Assembly (NCBI RefSeq): GCF_036321535.1
Contig: NC_087436.1
Coordinates: forward strand, 83,268,001 to 83,332,000
Source: Camelus dromedarius
Lineage: Eukaryota
DNA length: 64,000 nucleotides
Direction: 5' to 3'
Positions 12,932 to 25,124 of the stretch are shown here, piece after piece; the first letter of the stretch is position 1, and the number at the start of each line of letters is the position of its first letter. The position numbers and the translations under genes were made by a program. Below the pieces are notes generated by a model. That model was not told where the DNA came from. It was given only the letters and a program-made list of their open reading frames with translations, and searched no databases.

Positions 12932-14609
12932 CATGTGTGGAAGACAGCAGTCACCTCCAAATGGACTCTTTCACTAAGAGAGACAGAACTTAGAAAAGGG
13001 GACAGGCCTTTCCCTCCTCGACTATGTGCACTAGTGAGAATTTACTGTGGCTCTTGGCTGTAGCAGGTAACTTCATATTTCCTACCTCACTTAAAATGCC
13101 CACCAGCTCTGGAAGTAGGTATCATCATTTCCATGTTACCGATGCAGAGTCTGAAGTTCAAAGAGACTTCGTTAAAAGCCCCTCTGCAAGAATGGAAGAA
13201 AATGCAGAGGGGGAGTAGGTCATAGCAAGGCCTTTTTTATATCCTCAGAGTGAAAAATTCCCACTTAAAAAGCTGGTGGGAAGGCTCTCATTAACAAGGT
13301 GGTTAAATACGATCCCTGTCAGTGATGCGGATGAGGACACTAGGGAAGATAATCTTAAGAGGCTCTGAGGGGGCAAGAGGTCCCATGCCACTGTGTCAGT
13401 TGATGGTTGAGGAGGAAGAGTCCCAATTAGTGATAGAATCAGTGGGTTTACAGTGCACTGGGAGGTGGTGCGGTCAATGTGATGGTGCGTGTGGCATGAG
13501 TTCTGAAATGGGAAGCTAGTGAAGGAGTCCCCATAAAGGACAGGCTGTGCTGTGAGGAACTTAGGAAAGGAACCCACTAGAAAACCGATGGAGAATTCCC
13601 AAGAAAGGGTGTCACATCTGAGACGGTTACTAGAAGTAGCAGAATGTAGTGGACAAAATATAGAAGGCTTAAGACTTGATTGGTTGATGTTGAGGTAACG
13701 GGGCTGTCAACACTATTAATCCCTAGGCACCAGAAAGTCTGGGGACTACGTGGGCACAATCATCAAGTAGTTAATTTCTTCCCTTTGGTGGTGGTATTTA
13801 GCATCTGCAAAACTCAGGAAATATACATGAAATACTGTTAACTGGGTACTCAGAGAGGAGCTACAGCAGAGGATCTGGGGGAGGGGTCTGCCCATGGGAG
13901 ACCCTACAGGGTCCTGCTCGGTTACATGACCATAGTGAGATTTAGGGTAAATTAAAAAGAATAATGCCATCTCAGGAAATGATGGGAACCTCTATAGTCT
14001 TCTGGGTTATTTGTATATTGCCATAGGGTAATTTTAAAAACAACTTGTACTACAGTATACACATTGAATTAATGCAATAGAAAATACATCTTACCTCATG
14101 TTTTAATTTTCTTTTGAAGGGGAAGAATCACTGTCTACAGCTTCTGTTAAACTAAGATTCTATTAAAAATCAATTAAGTTTATATTCAGTTCTTAGGTTT
14201 CTTTAGCGTAACTACTGAAACATTTATGTTATACCTCTGAGACAGTTACTGTACTGATCAGTCTTGTTAAAATTCAGGAAAATCAGTAACTTTTAATGTG
14301 TCAAATGCTCATGCCCTTAGTAGTGCTAAATAGGTCTTCTATGGCAGGAAATGTGGCTCAAAACATAGCCCTAAATCAATAGGACATAATCAGCTATTTG
14401 CAAGTCTTTCAACCCCACCTCTAACCCCCAGAGGCATATACTTTCCGGGGAAATCACTCTAGTTTGGCTATTAAGTGCCTCTCTAAACACAGCTTACAGT
14501 TTAAAATTTAGAATATTTTATATTTTCTCTTTCTTAGAATCACAGTCTTGTGACCAAAAGAAAAAAAAAAAGCCTGCAAATTGTTTTATGGAAAATGTCA
14601 ATGTCTTAT

Positions 14610-14704
14610 TTTATTATTGTTAATATAAGCATCTGATGCTAAAAAGACAAAGGTAATTTTACAAACTCAGAATTTTTGCAAGTTCGTGAAATTTCCATTT
14701 TATT
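14610..14704 (-). terminator. Candidate PYURF/PIGY polyadenylation signals
   Basis: TTTATT on + strand (AATAAA on -) at 14699-14704 and 14610-14615, within an AU-rich 3'UTR. Confidence 0.5.
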
Positions 14705-15146
14705 TTAGTTTTATATGACATTAGTTCAAATGCATTTCTCTACAGGGAAATCCTCTGGAATTATTTGTCATTCTTAACATGTGATTTTACCAAAGACTGA
14801 ATCTAAAACAAACATAAAACTTCAAATTAGTAACTTTTAGATGAATGGGGTAAGAAATAAAGTCAGCAGATGATGGTTGGGGCTATTAATTTCCAACAAG
14901 ACACTTTGTTGAAATGTTTCTTCTGAAACACCAAGTATAATTCACCTTCAAAAAACAAGTGCAGAACCCAAGTACAATAAAGAAACCTCTGCAGCTTAAG
15001 CCTCCCATAGTCCTAAACCTCTGAGGAGCTAGGCAAAACCTCTTTCTCGCAAATTAAGTGGGTTTCCAGTATTTCCACGTGGTTGAGCTTTCAGAGACAA
15101 ACATTCAGGCATATCATTAGTATAGACCACCTTGGCTCCAGCTGCA

Positions 15147-15362
15147 TCAGTTATGCCTGAAGAGTTTAATACCCATCCAAGTCCAAAGGTGGAAGAACAC
15201 ATAAACGGGGATGGTGATCGGCAAGAGCAGACTGTAAAAGCACAGGCTGGCTGTGCTCGTGCAGCCCTGTGGGAAGTTTTCTTCCACAGAGGCTGAGTAT
15301 AACAGTCCTGCTAATGACACCAAGGGAATAAGGACAGTCAGTGTAGGGAGAGACAAAAACAT
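15147..15362 (-). CDS. PIGY: PIG-Y, GPI-GlcNAc transferase subunit, 71 aa; downstream cistron of the PYURF mRNA
   Basis: MFLSLPTLTVLIPLVSLAGLLYSASVEENFPQGCTS...WMGIKLFRHN; two hydrophobic segments; lies in the same exon as the PYURF C-terminus. Confidence 0.96.
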   Translation of the reverse strand: MFLSLPTLTVLIPLVSLAGLLYSASVEENFPQGCTSTASLCFYSLLLPITIPVYVFFHLWTWMGIKLFRHN

Positions 15363-15467
15363 TCTTCTCCCCGACTTATTTCCCACCACCCTGTTGTTTT
15401 TTTTTTTTTTTTTTTTAAGTAGGTGGTATTTTAGAAAATTTAGTTCTGTGTTGTTTCTAAGGATGAT

Positions 15468-15609
15468 CTAATGCCGCTCCGTTTCTTCTTGCTTCTTATT
15501 CTGATGTGTCATCCTAGCTGCCTGTGGTATCATATTAGGAATCCCATCAATAACTGGATAGGCTATTCCTAACTCTTCATTAATCAATTCATTTGTCGAT
15601 GCTTCATAT
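15468..15609 (-). CDS. PYURF: PYURF exon 2 coding part (YEASTNELINEELGIAYPVIDGIPNMIPQAARMTHQNKKQEETERH*)
   Basis: tttcccctcag acceptor; YP.IDGIP Trm112-like motif; spliced ORF is 345 nt = 114 aa plus stop. Confidence 0.95.
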
Positions 15610-15929
15610 CTGAGGGGAAAGCAAAACAAAATGAATCATGGAAAACAAAATGCTTGGAAGACCTTGATGTTCAGTGAACAGTAACATGTGTCCAATTCTT
15701 GACATTGAGTCAATCCCTATTTATCCGAAAGATTCTAGGTTAAAGGTTAAGAAGGCCTTTACAAAAATCGGCTAGTCCAGAACCAAAAGCCAAAGGGCAG
15801 CACACGTAGCTTACATGCTTAGAATCGTACATGGCATTTTCACAAGAATGCGGAAGCTACTACAATATTGTCCATCATCTTGGCTTAAAAATCGGAATGC
15901 CTTGGACTAGTCCTGAATCCCAAGAGTTC

Positions 15930-16090
15930 ATAAACCTGGCTGTACAAAAGAATTACTTAGGGTCCTTTTAAGAAAATATTTAATCGCTCAGGGCCTCACT
16001 CAGACCTACAGACTTGGCCCGCCTGGGGTGGTGCCTGGAAATCTGCATTTTTAAAAAAGGTCCCCTGGCGATTCTAATGCGCAGCCAGTG
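15930..16090. mobile_element. MER5A-like hAT MITE in the PYURF intron
   Basis: ctggggtggtgcctggaaatctgcatttttaa...gattctaatgcgcagcc. Confidence 0.7.
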
Positions 16091-16810
16091 GCGAACCTAT
16101 CTATAGAAACTCTTCGATCCAAGCCTACGAGTCGGCGCTTTGACTCGGAGGTTTAGAGCTCGGGTCCCTTCCGGCCTCCTCTCGCCCTTCCTGCGAGCTG
16201 GCGGGCCCGGGTCCAAACAATGGCAGCGAAGAATACCCGGAGTGACCTAAAAAGCTCCCCAGTGGCTGTAAACGGCCGTGCGGCCCACTTGTCCCCTCCC
16301 CGCGACCGGAGGCCACCCGCAGCGGGAGAATCTCACCTGAGCGGCTTCTTGGAGAGCGGGCACACCAGGAACTCCAGCAGCGCCGGGTCGAAGGCCTGGG
16401 GCGGCTTCCTCGTCCTCTCGCTTTTCTCGGCGGACGACAGCGACCCTGACGCGTGCAGGCACCTCCGGGCGACGGCGGATGGCGGCGCGAGTGTCCCCCG
16501 CAGCGCTGAGGCGAGCCGGCCGCACGCTCCGCTCAGCATGGTCCGGCAGCCCGGGACTGACAGCCCGGGTCCAGGCCTCTCCTGCCGAAGGTTCTGAGTC
16601 CAACTCCGTCGGCCAGGCCCCGCCCCCGGGTGCTCTGGAAAGGCCGCCCCCGACAGGTGGCGGCTAGCTCTTTGGTTCCGGATGCGCTCCGGACCCGACT
16701 GCTTTTCCCGTTGCACCGCTCGGAGATTGAGCGCTCAGCCTGCCGCCGGGACCTCTTACGGCTGTTCCAGCGCGTTTACACATTGCAAACAAAACGAGCG
16801 CTTAAGTGAG
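16070..16810. promoter_or_regulatory. CpG island / PYURF-PIGY promoter, possibly bidirectional
   Basis: Dense CpG, GC box CCCCGCCCC near 16617, spans exon 1. Confidence 0.85.
16337..16539 (-). CDS. PYURF: PYURF (PreY) exon 1 coding part: mitochondrial transit peptide and start of the Trm112-like domain (MLSGACGRL...LEFLVCPLSKKPLR)
   Basis: ATG at 16539 in gaccATG context; Arg/Ser/Ala-rich N-terminus; LLEFLVCPLSK motif; donor AG|gtgaga. Confidence 0.95.
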
Positions 16811-19049
16811 AAATGTCTTGAGTTTTCAGCAGGGCCTATCGCAAGGGTGCCAGGAAGCCAGTGGCCGGACCTCACAGTCACACAGTGGTACGCTGGGACC
16901 TACGTGGTTATCACCAAAATGAGGTTTCAAACCCACTGTCATATTGGGTATGTGAAAAGCATTACTTTGTTTTATGTCTTTACCACAGTTCCTGTCACGT
17001 CGTTTGGCTTTTTTTTTAAAATTCTTTAATTTAAAAGAATTTAAGACCCTGAAAAGAACGGCTTAGTCTTCTTAACCTCTGAGATGTCCAGATTCTTACC
17101 CTGCGGAACTCATCGTGAATTCAATCGCATAATAATAGCACAACTAATTTGTTTCTGTAAGTGAGCTTGGAAACAGCAAGGAGTCTAAGTAGCTGTGTCC
17201 TTAAGCTAAATGGGTGATCTATTCAGTGGGCTTTTCGCCCCACGTTTGCCTCTGACTCTTCAAGGAAATGATGCTGGTTTGATCTATTTCTTATTAGTGT
17301 ACTGGATAAGTATTTGGGCTCTGGGGCTTGACAGCTTGGTTCCAGGTAAATAGTTTACTAGTTGTAGGACTCCAGCAAATGACCTAACTACTCAGTTTCC
17401 TTATCTGTATAATGAGATTAATAGTTGTTCCTACCTCATGAAATTCCCTCCTGGGGATTAAAATATGGTACTTTATGCAAAGAGCATTCGGAAGAGTCCC
17501 TGGGACAAATTAATGCTCAATTCATGTTATCTATTTTTATTTTAATTTTCTCCATTCTTTCCAGTTCAGTATAGTAGAAGATTCTTTGTTAGTGGTCAAT
17601 TTTTTCCCTTTGTTTTGCTAAGTATTGACTTGAACCTTTTGCATCTTTGGGCTTTATCATTTTACACTTTGAGCTCCTGGGAAGTAGGGTTGGGAGTGAG
17701 GGATATATAGATGCAAATACAAGATTATATGTTCAGATTTCTCTTCCATTCAGCAGTGTAAAAGTAGAGAAACTTTTATATTGTTTGTTTGCTCAGAAAA
17801 AAAAACCTACTACGTTATTTGATGGTCTTTGTTCACTAATGCTCAGAAGATTTCAGCATAGGGCAGTTGTCAGGGATGTACCCTTAAAAGGGCCTATTGT
17901 AAAGTTCCAGTGTTACCTTCACATTATTTCCTACTAGGGCAGTGGTAGGAATTAATTTTTCAGGTACAGTTAGTTGATACTTTGGGCCCTAGGGAAAGAG
18001 TGAACTATGGGAAAGATACATTTCAGCGAGGTATGGGGATGTAGAGCTTGACTTCTGTCAGCACAGAGAGGGCCCTGGGCAGGCCAGAACCTTGGCCCTG
18101 TAGGTTTGGGGCACGCACCCATGCTTAAGACCAGCTTCATTAGCCTCATCTCACCTCCCCGGGCTGAGAGATCCCTATCAACTGGGTTTTCTAACCAGTT
18201 ATATATAAATTAGTTTCAGTTTGCGTCCACATAGAAGGTTTGAAGCAGATCAGTTTAATTTAAATTAGTATTGAGGAAATGGAGAGTAACAGCAGAATAT
18301 TGAAAATATTTTCAAATTTATAGCACCCCAAATCAACATCTAATATTTAAGAAACATCTGAGTGTGTGAAGCATTGGTCCAAACCATGTAAATATTTAGT
18401 TGCAAAATGTCCCTAAACAGCCCTCACTAATTAAGGAATCTAACTCATTTCTGCATGTAGTACACTAAACTGAATGTAGGTGACAGCATAGAATTATAAA
18501 ATCATTAGTCCTTTTTTTTTTTTTTTTTTTTTTTTACTATTGGCATGACTCTGATCTTTCCCATCACAGAGCTCTGGGCTCAGGGACCATATTAGCTGTG
18601 TGATCTTGGGAAAGTTTCTTAAACTCTCTACGTCAATCTTCTCATCTGTAAAAATAGTATAATAGTACTACCTACCTTATTAGAGTTGTTGAGGGGATTA
18701 AATAAAATGATACTAATAAAGCAGTTAGCATAGGGGCTGGTCCAGCCTACACATTTAATGAATGTTATCAGAGCAGCAAAATTCCTTATTGCGGTGAAGC
18801 TGGAGAAAATTCTGATGAAAAAGGAAAGCACAATGTACCAATGGGAACCTGACGTGAAATTTTTATGGTTTTCAATGTGGATAATATTGAAACACAACTC
18901 TTGGGTTATCATACACATTAAATGAGATAGAAACCTCCAGGTAGAGAAGAGGCTAGGATATATATTTTAATAAAGTTCCATAAATACCAAATTTGGGACA
19001 TTGAAATTTGGGAATCTCTGGTTCAGAGAGAGAAGTTAAAATTACTTTT

Positions 19050-19064
19050 CCACTAGATGGCGTC
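19050..19064 (+). promoter_or_regulatory. CTCF motif CCACTAGATGGCGTC (forward orientation)
   Basis: Matches the CTCF core; retains a CpG in AT-rich surroundings. Confidence 0.65.
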
Positions 19065-19469
19065 ATCCAGTATTTGAACTCACATTTATTCCTGCTTGTA
19101 CTTTTCTTTCTGTGATTATAAAGATTTGATTTTATTTTGCCAATTGTTTCCTTAATTTGATGACATCTATTTTAGGGACAAAAGTCACAAAAAATTTGTT
19201 AATAAGTTACAATTGTAACGGGTTCATTAAAATCAAGGATCCAACAGATAAATGCACAAAAAGTATGAAAAAAATCACAAAAGAGAAAAATACAGTTGAT
19301 CAATAAATGCATAAAAATATTCATCCTCAACAATAGAGTAATGCAAGTTTCAAACATCAAAGAACTTTCCATTTCTCACCTATAAAAATTATAAATATTT
19401 TAGAAGTGTAATTCTTAATATTTGCCATTCACTTATTAATTTACTGATTGCCTGCTATGTGGCAGGTAC

Positions 19470-19970
19470 TGTCTAGATTTATCAGAGTTCTCCAGGGAAA
19501 CAGAATTAATTGTGTGTGTGTGTGTATGTGTGTGTATGTGTATGTATGGAAGGGTTTATTATGAGGAATTGGCTCACATGATTATAGAAGCTGAGAAGTC
19601 CTAAGATCTTTCTGAAAGCAGGAGACCTAGGAAAGCCAGTGGTGTAAATCCAATATGGATCTGAAGGCCTGAGAGCCAGAGAAGTAGGTGGTATAAATCC
19701 TAGTCCAAGGGCAAGAGACGACAGATGTCGCAGCTCAGGCAGCCAGGTAGGAAGCAAAAGGCATGAATTCCTTCTTCCTCCACCTTTTTGTTCATTCTGA
19801 CCTATGATGGATTGGATTATGCCCAACCACTTTGCAGTGGGCTGTCTATTTTACTGAGTCCACTGATTCAAATGCTAATCTCATCTGTCCCTCACAGACA
19901 CACCCAGAAATAATATTTAATCTGGGCACCCCTTGGCACGGTCAAGTTGACACAAAAAGTTAACATCACA
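19470..19970. mobile_element. ERVL MLT2-type solo LTR with a (TG)n tract
   Basis: gttctccagggaaacagaa, aggaattggctcacatgatt, cacagacacacccagaaataat, caagttgacac...catcaca. Confidence 0.8.
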
Positions 19971-21169
19971 CTGTCCTAGAAGCTGGAGCTGTCCTCTGGA
20001 TATACCATTATACAGTGTTAAAAATAAAAACTCATCACAACAATACCAAAATGCTTATTAAATATAATAAGTGAAAAAAAGCAGGACGCAAATTTTATGC
20101 ACAAGTACAATTATTTTTTAAATCAAGAACTTAGGAATAGAAAAAAAAAATGAATAAAAACCAAATGTTGGTTGTGTTTAGGTGGTTAGAATATTAGTGA
20201 ATTGTTCTTTAACTGTTTCTCCCTCTTAAATTTTTCTTTAATTAAGTAGTTTAAAAATGTAAATATTACCAGTTAATATTTGAGGTTAATAATTGATAAA
20301 TGTGTATTTTATTTCAAAACCATTGATTCAGTTAAATGAATATTTATTGAGAACTTCCTGTATTCTCAGTATTATAACAGGAGGTAAAAAGAACGGGTAT
20401 AAAAGTGTGAAAGATACGATCTCAATTTTCAAGAAGTTCATAGTGGAGTAAACAGCATAGGATAAAGTTAACTAAAAATCCTAGTTTATATATGATGCAT
20501 TTCTTTGTGTATTTATTCAACACTTGTTGAGTTTACATTGTACATCAGATACACAAAGGAGGGAGGGAAACCTGTACCTGTACCACAAAGGGTTGGGGAA
20601 GTGTCAGTAAAGAATGGGTCAGCTAGCACTATCAGATTATTTACTTAAGTCTCAGGCATCACCCATTTTATCCCCTTTTATAAGCTCTTTTAATCCATGA
20701 AAACAAATTTGAATTTTGCAATGGGGACATAGACACTTGCTAGCAGAGATGAGTATGATGAACCATCCAGACTATATAGCAGCTCAGAGAAGAGTAAATA
20801 ATGCAGATTTGAGTGGATATTGAAGGGCTGCATGTTAATACACATTTTAAATGGCTTCTGTATATAAGTGTCAGATTTCAAAACTGATCACAAAAATGGC
20901 CAGGTTTGATCTTCAGCTTAAAAGTTCAACATAATTAGATTGTGAACATGTGAAAAGAGGAATAGTATTTCTTAAAGAGCCTCATTACCACTATTTTGTT
21001 CTTTAAAATAGCCTTTTCATATGTATTTTGAAATACTTCAAAAATAAGAAAAGAGGTCACTAAAACTATAAGTGTATCAAAGAGGAAGTATCTGAATAAG
21101 CAACTCCCCATTTAGAATAAAGGAAATCAAGGAAAAATGGCAGGAAGTTCTTTGCAACTTGGCTTGGAA

Positions 21170-21645
21170 TAGGAATAGTAATAGTACCCATCTGTACCGG
21201 CTGGTTTGGCCCTCTCAGCCTCCATCTCACCCTCCTCCTATCTGCAGAAGTTGGAAAGCTAAAAGTACATGTTCCAGACTCTCCTGCAGCTAGGGATGTG
21301 AATGTGCAGTAAGTTCGCACTCACGAGATGTGAAAGGGAGACAGAGTCCAGCATCCCGCAGCAGGAGAGCTGACAGGCAGGCTCTGACAGACACAAGGTT
21401 TGTGTGGCTTGGATCTGTGTGGCCCTCTGGACACATCCGCTCTGACATGAGACAGCTGTGGCAGCAACAGCAGTGGTCACAGCAGTAGCTGCCTGCCCTC
21501 TGGATGAACTTAGAGCCCAAACTCCAGAGCAAGCCCACTATTTCTGCTCTTCCAGTGAATTTATAAGCATATACTTTGTCTATTAAATTCTTTTATACTG
21601 GAAATACCTAGAATAATTTATGTTTTCCTATCCTGAACTTTGAGT
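21170..21645. mobile_element. Old MaLR (MLT1-type) LTR
   Basis: ccagactctcctgcagctaggg and the 3' attaaattc...tgttttcc pattern; boundaries approximate. Confidence 0.5.
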
Positions 21646-21799
21646 GATAAACTACCCCAGTGTGTTGATGTGAGATTAAAATGTAATAATATATGTAAAT
21701 CACTTAGAATAGTACCTGACACTTTGTACTCAATACATGCTACTTATTTAAATTTTTGTTAGAGAGATGAGTTCAAGCTGAAAAGAATGAACTAGGCCT

Positions 21800-22012
21800 T
21801 AGGTTGAAAACGATGGCTTGAAGGCCAGATGGAGCCCACCACCTGTTTTATAAATAAAGTTTTATTGAAACACAGCCACTACCATTTGTTTACACGCTGT
21901 CTGTGGCTGCTTTCATTCTTGAAGGTTACAGTTGCAACAGAAACAGAACAGACTACCAAGCCTAAAATATTTACTATCTGGCCCTTTAACAGAAATAAAT
22001 TTGCCTACCCCG
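21800..22012. mobile_element. MER58-like hAT MITE
   Basis: ataaataaagttttattgaaacacagccac...aaaatatttactatctggccctttaacagaa. Confidence 0.75.
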
Positions 22013-22184
22013 ATCTGAACTATCAAAAAGGAGGAGAAGCCTGAGGATTGGGAAGCATTCCTGAAAACAATCATCCTCTTGACAGAGTTGTCATATTTAG
22101 GAAAAATAGTTTGGGAAGTTTTCTTTCTGCAAGAATTCAAAGTAGAGCATTGAGGAGGGGAAGATACTACACAGGCAAAATTCT

Positions 22185-22270
22185 TTTTTTTTTTTATTCA
22201 AATATAATCAGTTTACAATGTATCAATTTCTGGTGTACATATACATACATATATTTGTTTCATATTCTTT
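22185..22270 (-). mobile_element. 86-bp L1 3' tip insertion
   Basis: Poly-T plus L1 3' end, flanked by TSD GCAAAATTCT (22175-22184 / 22271-22280). Confidence 0.75.
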
Positions 22271-23034
22271 GCAAAATTCTGATATAAGTAAAATTGGAGG
22301 GATAAAAGGAGGTAGAACTGACATCACCTGAGGCCTCAGCAAGTAATTTGCCATTCCCCAAGGTTTTTGTCTGGATCATGCAGCCCAGCTTGGAAAGTGA
22401 CCATGTAGGAAGCAACCTACCCAGTCTGTGCTACCTGTTTCACAGCCAGCTAGTTGCCAGTTCTTACAATCTGCTTCTTCATAAATCCCCTGGCGTTCAC
22501 CCACTTTGATCTTCATAGTCACTGTTCTAGTCTATGCCTTAGTAATTTAAACCTGTGGTTAACTGAGTATACTCCTAAGTTCCCTGTCTTTACATTTTTT
22601 CCTCCTTTAAAATTCCACTTTAAAAAGTTTCTCCTTTTCTTTCTCATTGGCAACTTTGTAAAAAATTTCACAGAAAGAAAAATTATTTGTGCTTGATTTA
22701 TGGTTTATTATTTTTCAAAAGAGTCATTAACACATTATAATCACCCTTAGGGTTCATTCTTGGTGTTGGACAGTCTCTGGGTTTGGACAAATGTATAATG
22801 GCATGTATCTACCAGTATGGTATCATACAGAGTATTTCCACTGCCCTAAAGTCTTCTATGCTCCACCTACTTTTATGTTTGATTTTACAGTTCTATATGT
22901 GTTTTCAATTTTGACTAAGTTTCTTAGCTTTTATCTCTTTTTTTGTTCACTCCCTTTTCTTTTTGCACACCCTGCCTCCCCCTTCTTCCCCACTTTCTTC
23001 CTGCTGCTGGATAAATATGATCTGCATAATCTGA

Positions 23035-23385
23035 CAGTGCTTTTCAAACTTGAATGTGCATATGAGTCACCTGAGAATCTTGTTAAAATGCAAATTTTGA
23101 TTGAGTATGACTGAGATCACAGTGAATAGCTGGCTTGTACGCCTCATTTCTTAAAAGCTTCCAGGTGATGCTGCTGAGTTTCGGACCATATTTTCAGTAG
23201 CAAGACTAGAACAGTGATTCTCAGACTGGGATGATTTTGGCCTCAGGGGACACTTGACAACGTTGTGGAGACATTTTTGATTGTTACAGCTGGGGTGGTG
23301 CTATTGGGTAGAGGCCAGGAATGCTGCTAAACATCTTATTGTGCACAGGACAGCCCCTCACAACAAAAAATTATCTTAAATATTA
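23035..23385. mobile_element. Adjacent MER5-like and MER20-like hAT MITEs
   Basis: gagtcacctgagaatcttgttaaaatgcaaatt; gggtagaggccagggaatgctgctaaacatc. Confidence 0.7.
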
Positions 23386-24825
23386 TAAGTACCTGGTGTG
23401 TATCTTCTATGACTCTAACAGGATTTGGTTATTGTTGTTTTAGTAGGAAAAAGCTTTCCAGGTTGCTCCCAGTGAGGCCTGGGAAGTTCCCTCTTCTTAA
23501 CCATTTCCTGTGACTGAAAGGGTTTCTTACATGATACTAGGAAGAACTTTTTTTCTTCAAAATGTCTATACTAGCCCTCAAGCCATATCCTCTTCCAATT
23601 TACTAGGTGAAAATTATGAATGGAATTTTTCATGGTGTTAATATGATTTTAAAAGCCTCATAATCCTAGAAAAGGTTAAATAATTAAGGCAGCAAGTTTG
23701 TAGGCTTGAAATGTGTGATCTTAATGACTGTTGTATTAATTATCCATATTTAGGCCAGTGCTTTATGAGGTCTTAGAAAACAACTGAAGCAATTCTCAAA
23801 ATGATAATCAATAGATGTTTTACTCTGTGTACGTTTCCAGTGAATCTTGAGATTGTATCAAGCAGTCCATAGTGTAAGAGTTAATGAACTTTGAAAGAAG
23901 GCTTTCCCTGTATTCAGGTGAGGAAGACAGGGACAATCTCTAAGGGTTCTTCACTCTGACTGTAGGAAGCTGTGTTTTCCATGTTGAAGAGATTCAGGAT
24001 TTTGATAATTCTAACTTGATTTGACTTTTCAGTGATGTAGCCTGCACCAAAGAATTGTTGCCAATGACAAATATGATGACTACCAAAATCATGATTAAGT
24101 GAAAGTAAAAATAAAAGTATATTTATTTAAACTACGGTTGCAATTCCAGGGTTTTGAGAGCCTGCTTTTCCTAATTTTCACAGTCTGTCGGGCATCTGTG
24201 GCTGACTCAGAGTCCAGCACTGACTTCCTGGCCTGCCAGGCACTGACTGCCAGGCCTGCCAGCACCTGGGGCACAGCCCTGGGATTCATTCTGCCCTGGT
24301 TTCTTCTTGATTTCCTTCCAAAGGGAAATAATAACCAATTTCAAAACAGTGTTTGGTCTTGTCACTGAGGCTGTTTTCTTTTAATGTGATGATCTCATTG
24401 AAACATAATTTATTCACCAACTTATAGCACTCATAAACTGAACAATGTTATATAAGGTGATCAGATCAGACAGAATGACCCTCTTAAACTTATTAGCTCA
24501 TCCCCCCCACCCCCGCCAACTCTCCCTCCTCTTTACTAAACCATCCACCGAATGATACCGCCATCCACTGAGTCACCTGGGCCCCAGAACTGAAGTCATC
24601 CTGTACTGCTCCCCTCCTCTCACTTCCCACACGCAGTCAGTCATCAGGTCCTGCCATATCCATCCCTTAATCTAGGTCCTATTTTTCATCAATAGGCTTT
24701 TAACAGGTCATGCCTCCAGTCTTTTTCCACTTCATCCCCCACACTGTTGCCAAAATATTCTTTTAATGTAAAAATTAATCACAAAACTTACTGAGTAAAA
24801 ACCTTTGCTTAAAATGTAATTGCTG

Positions 24826-24946
24826 GCAGGGGTAGGATATAGCTCAAGCACTAGAGCACATGCTTAGCATGCACAAGGTCCTGGGTTCAATCCCCAGCAC
24901 CTCCTTTAAAAATAAACAAATAAATAAACCTAATTACCTCCCCCCT

Positions 24947-24998
<52 letters not shown>

Positions 24999-25124
24999 AA
25001 TGAGTTAGTAATACGTGTACCAAAAATGAATAAAGCTTGGAAAAAACCTAGTGGTAAGTAATTTTAAAAAAAGTTAACATTGTAAACTGACTATACTTCA
25101 ATTAAAAAAATATATGTATATATA
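24826..25124 (+). mobile_element. tRNA-derived SINE (camelid Vic-1-like) with (TAAA)n tail and an extra 3' segment
   Basis: A box TAGCTCAAG, B box GGTTCAATCC, TAAA array; TSD TAATTGCTG at 24817-24825 and 25125-25133. Confidence 0.8.

Noticed and set aside
16125..17029. Alternative-frame and antisense ORFs over PYURF exon 1
   Set aside because: GC-rich shadows of the real exon and promoter
22733..22870. Apparent local duplication of ~25430-25560
   Set aside because: Both are diverged fragments of the same old L1MC-like 3'UTR, not a segmental duplication
24829..24905. tRNA-like sequence with A and B boxes
   Set aside because: It continues into a SINE body and TAAA tail and has a second copy at 47.2 kb; SINE head, not a tRNA gene
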